Assembly (NCBI GenBank): GCA_013265495.1
Contig: MU057711.1
Span: 1,364,001-1,428,000 of the forward strand
Direction of reading: 5' to 3'
Source of the DNA: Vicugna vicugna
Lineage: Eukaryota
Length of the DNA: 64,000 nucleotides
The translations under genes and the position numbers were made by a program. The notes under the pieces were generated by a model, which saw only the letters and a program-made list of their open reading frames with translations, did not search any database and had not been told where the DNA came from. Shown here one piece after another: positions 63,528 to 64,000 of this stretch; the stretch's first letter is position 1; each line of letters starts with the position of its first letter.

Positions 63528-64000
63528 GGTTACTTTTTTAGATCAACATTTTGCAAACTTCGCTGATCAGAATTCCCTAGAATATTTATTTTAACAGTAA
63601 AATTTCTAGGACCTTTTCTTAGAGATCCAGCTTCAGCAGAGCTGGCGTGGGGCCTAGGCTATCTGCACTTGTCATCAGCCCGGATGCTGGGGCAGGTATG
63701 AGAAACACTGGATGACATTAACTCTCCCCCTGAGAACTTGATGTTGGATGTGAGAAAGAGGCATGCCCAATGGAGACAGCCTCTTGCTACCAACTCAGAC
63801 TAGAAACCTCAGGTTTACCAGGGTCGTTATGAAGTGCAGTAGGTTTTGAGGAACACCAGTTCTGGAAACATCTGGGCAAAGAGAAAAGAATATCTCAACC
63901 AAATTCTAGCTAGCTCTGTTTCTAAAGTCTCCCCAAATGTGTGACTAAGCTGTGAGATAAGAGGATAAAATAGCCAGTTGGTCAACAGCCCTCTTCCTGG

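Noticed and set aside
1..64000. The many 60-190 aa ORFs in the six-frame track as host genes
   Set aside because: No recognisable domains other than L1 and ERV-L remnants, no consistent exon chain, and many overlap repeats or lie antisense to L1 ORF2.

Overview
This is mammalian, repeat-rich, non-coding DNA (intronic or intergenic), most likely from a camelid, because three tRNA-derived SINEs match the camelid Vic-1 type as I recall it. I recognise no host protein-coding gene, RNA gene, CRISPR array or prokaryotic feature. The only long ORF (32354-34681, 775 aa) is LINE-1 ORF2 (RT plus C-terminus) in a young, 5'-truncated L1. The rest is nested mobile-element debris: young and old L1, L2, MIR, MaLR/ERVL LTRs, a decayed ERV-L pol (RNase H, integrase, dUTPase-like) and hAT MITEs. 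Between these lie several repeat-free, homeobox-motif-rich islands that look like conserved enhancers. The most interesting signals are mechanistic footprints read directly from the sequence: (1) an L1 3' transduction inside a 17-bp TSD; (2) a patchwork templated insertion that frameshifts that L1 ORF2; (3) an isolated L1 5' tip flanked by a 22-bp direct repeat; (4) a twin-primed 5'-inverted L1 nested in a composite block bounded by a 46-bp direct repeat; (5) an apparently perfect 1,042-bp tandem duplication that breaks inside a palindromic MITE. I found no evidence of a genuinely new biological system. Repeat family names come from memory of consensus sequences, not from a database search, and the boundaries of old repeats are approximate.
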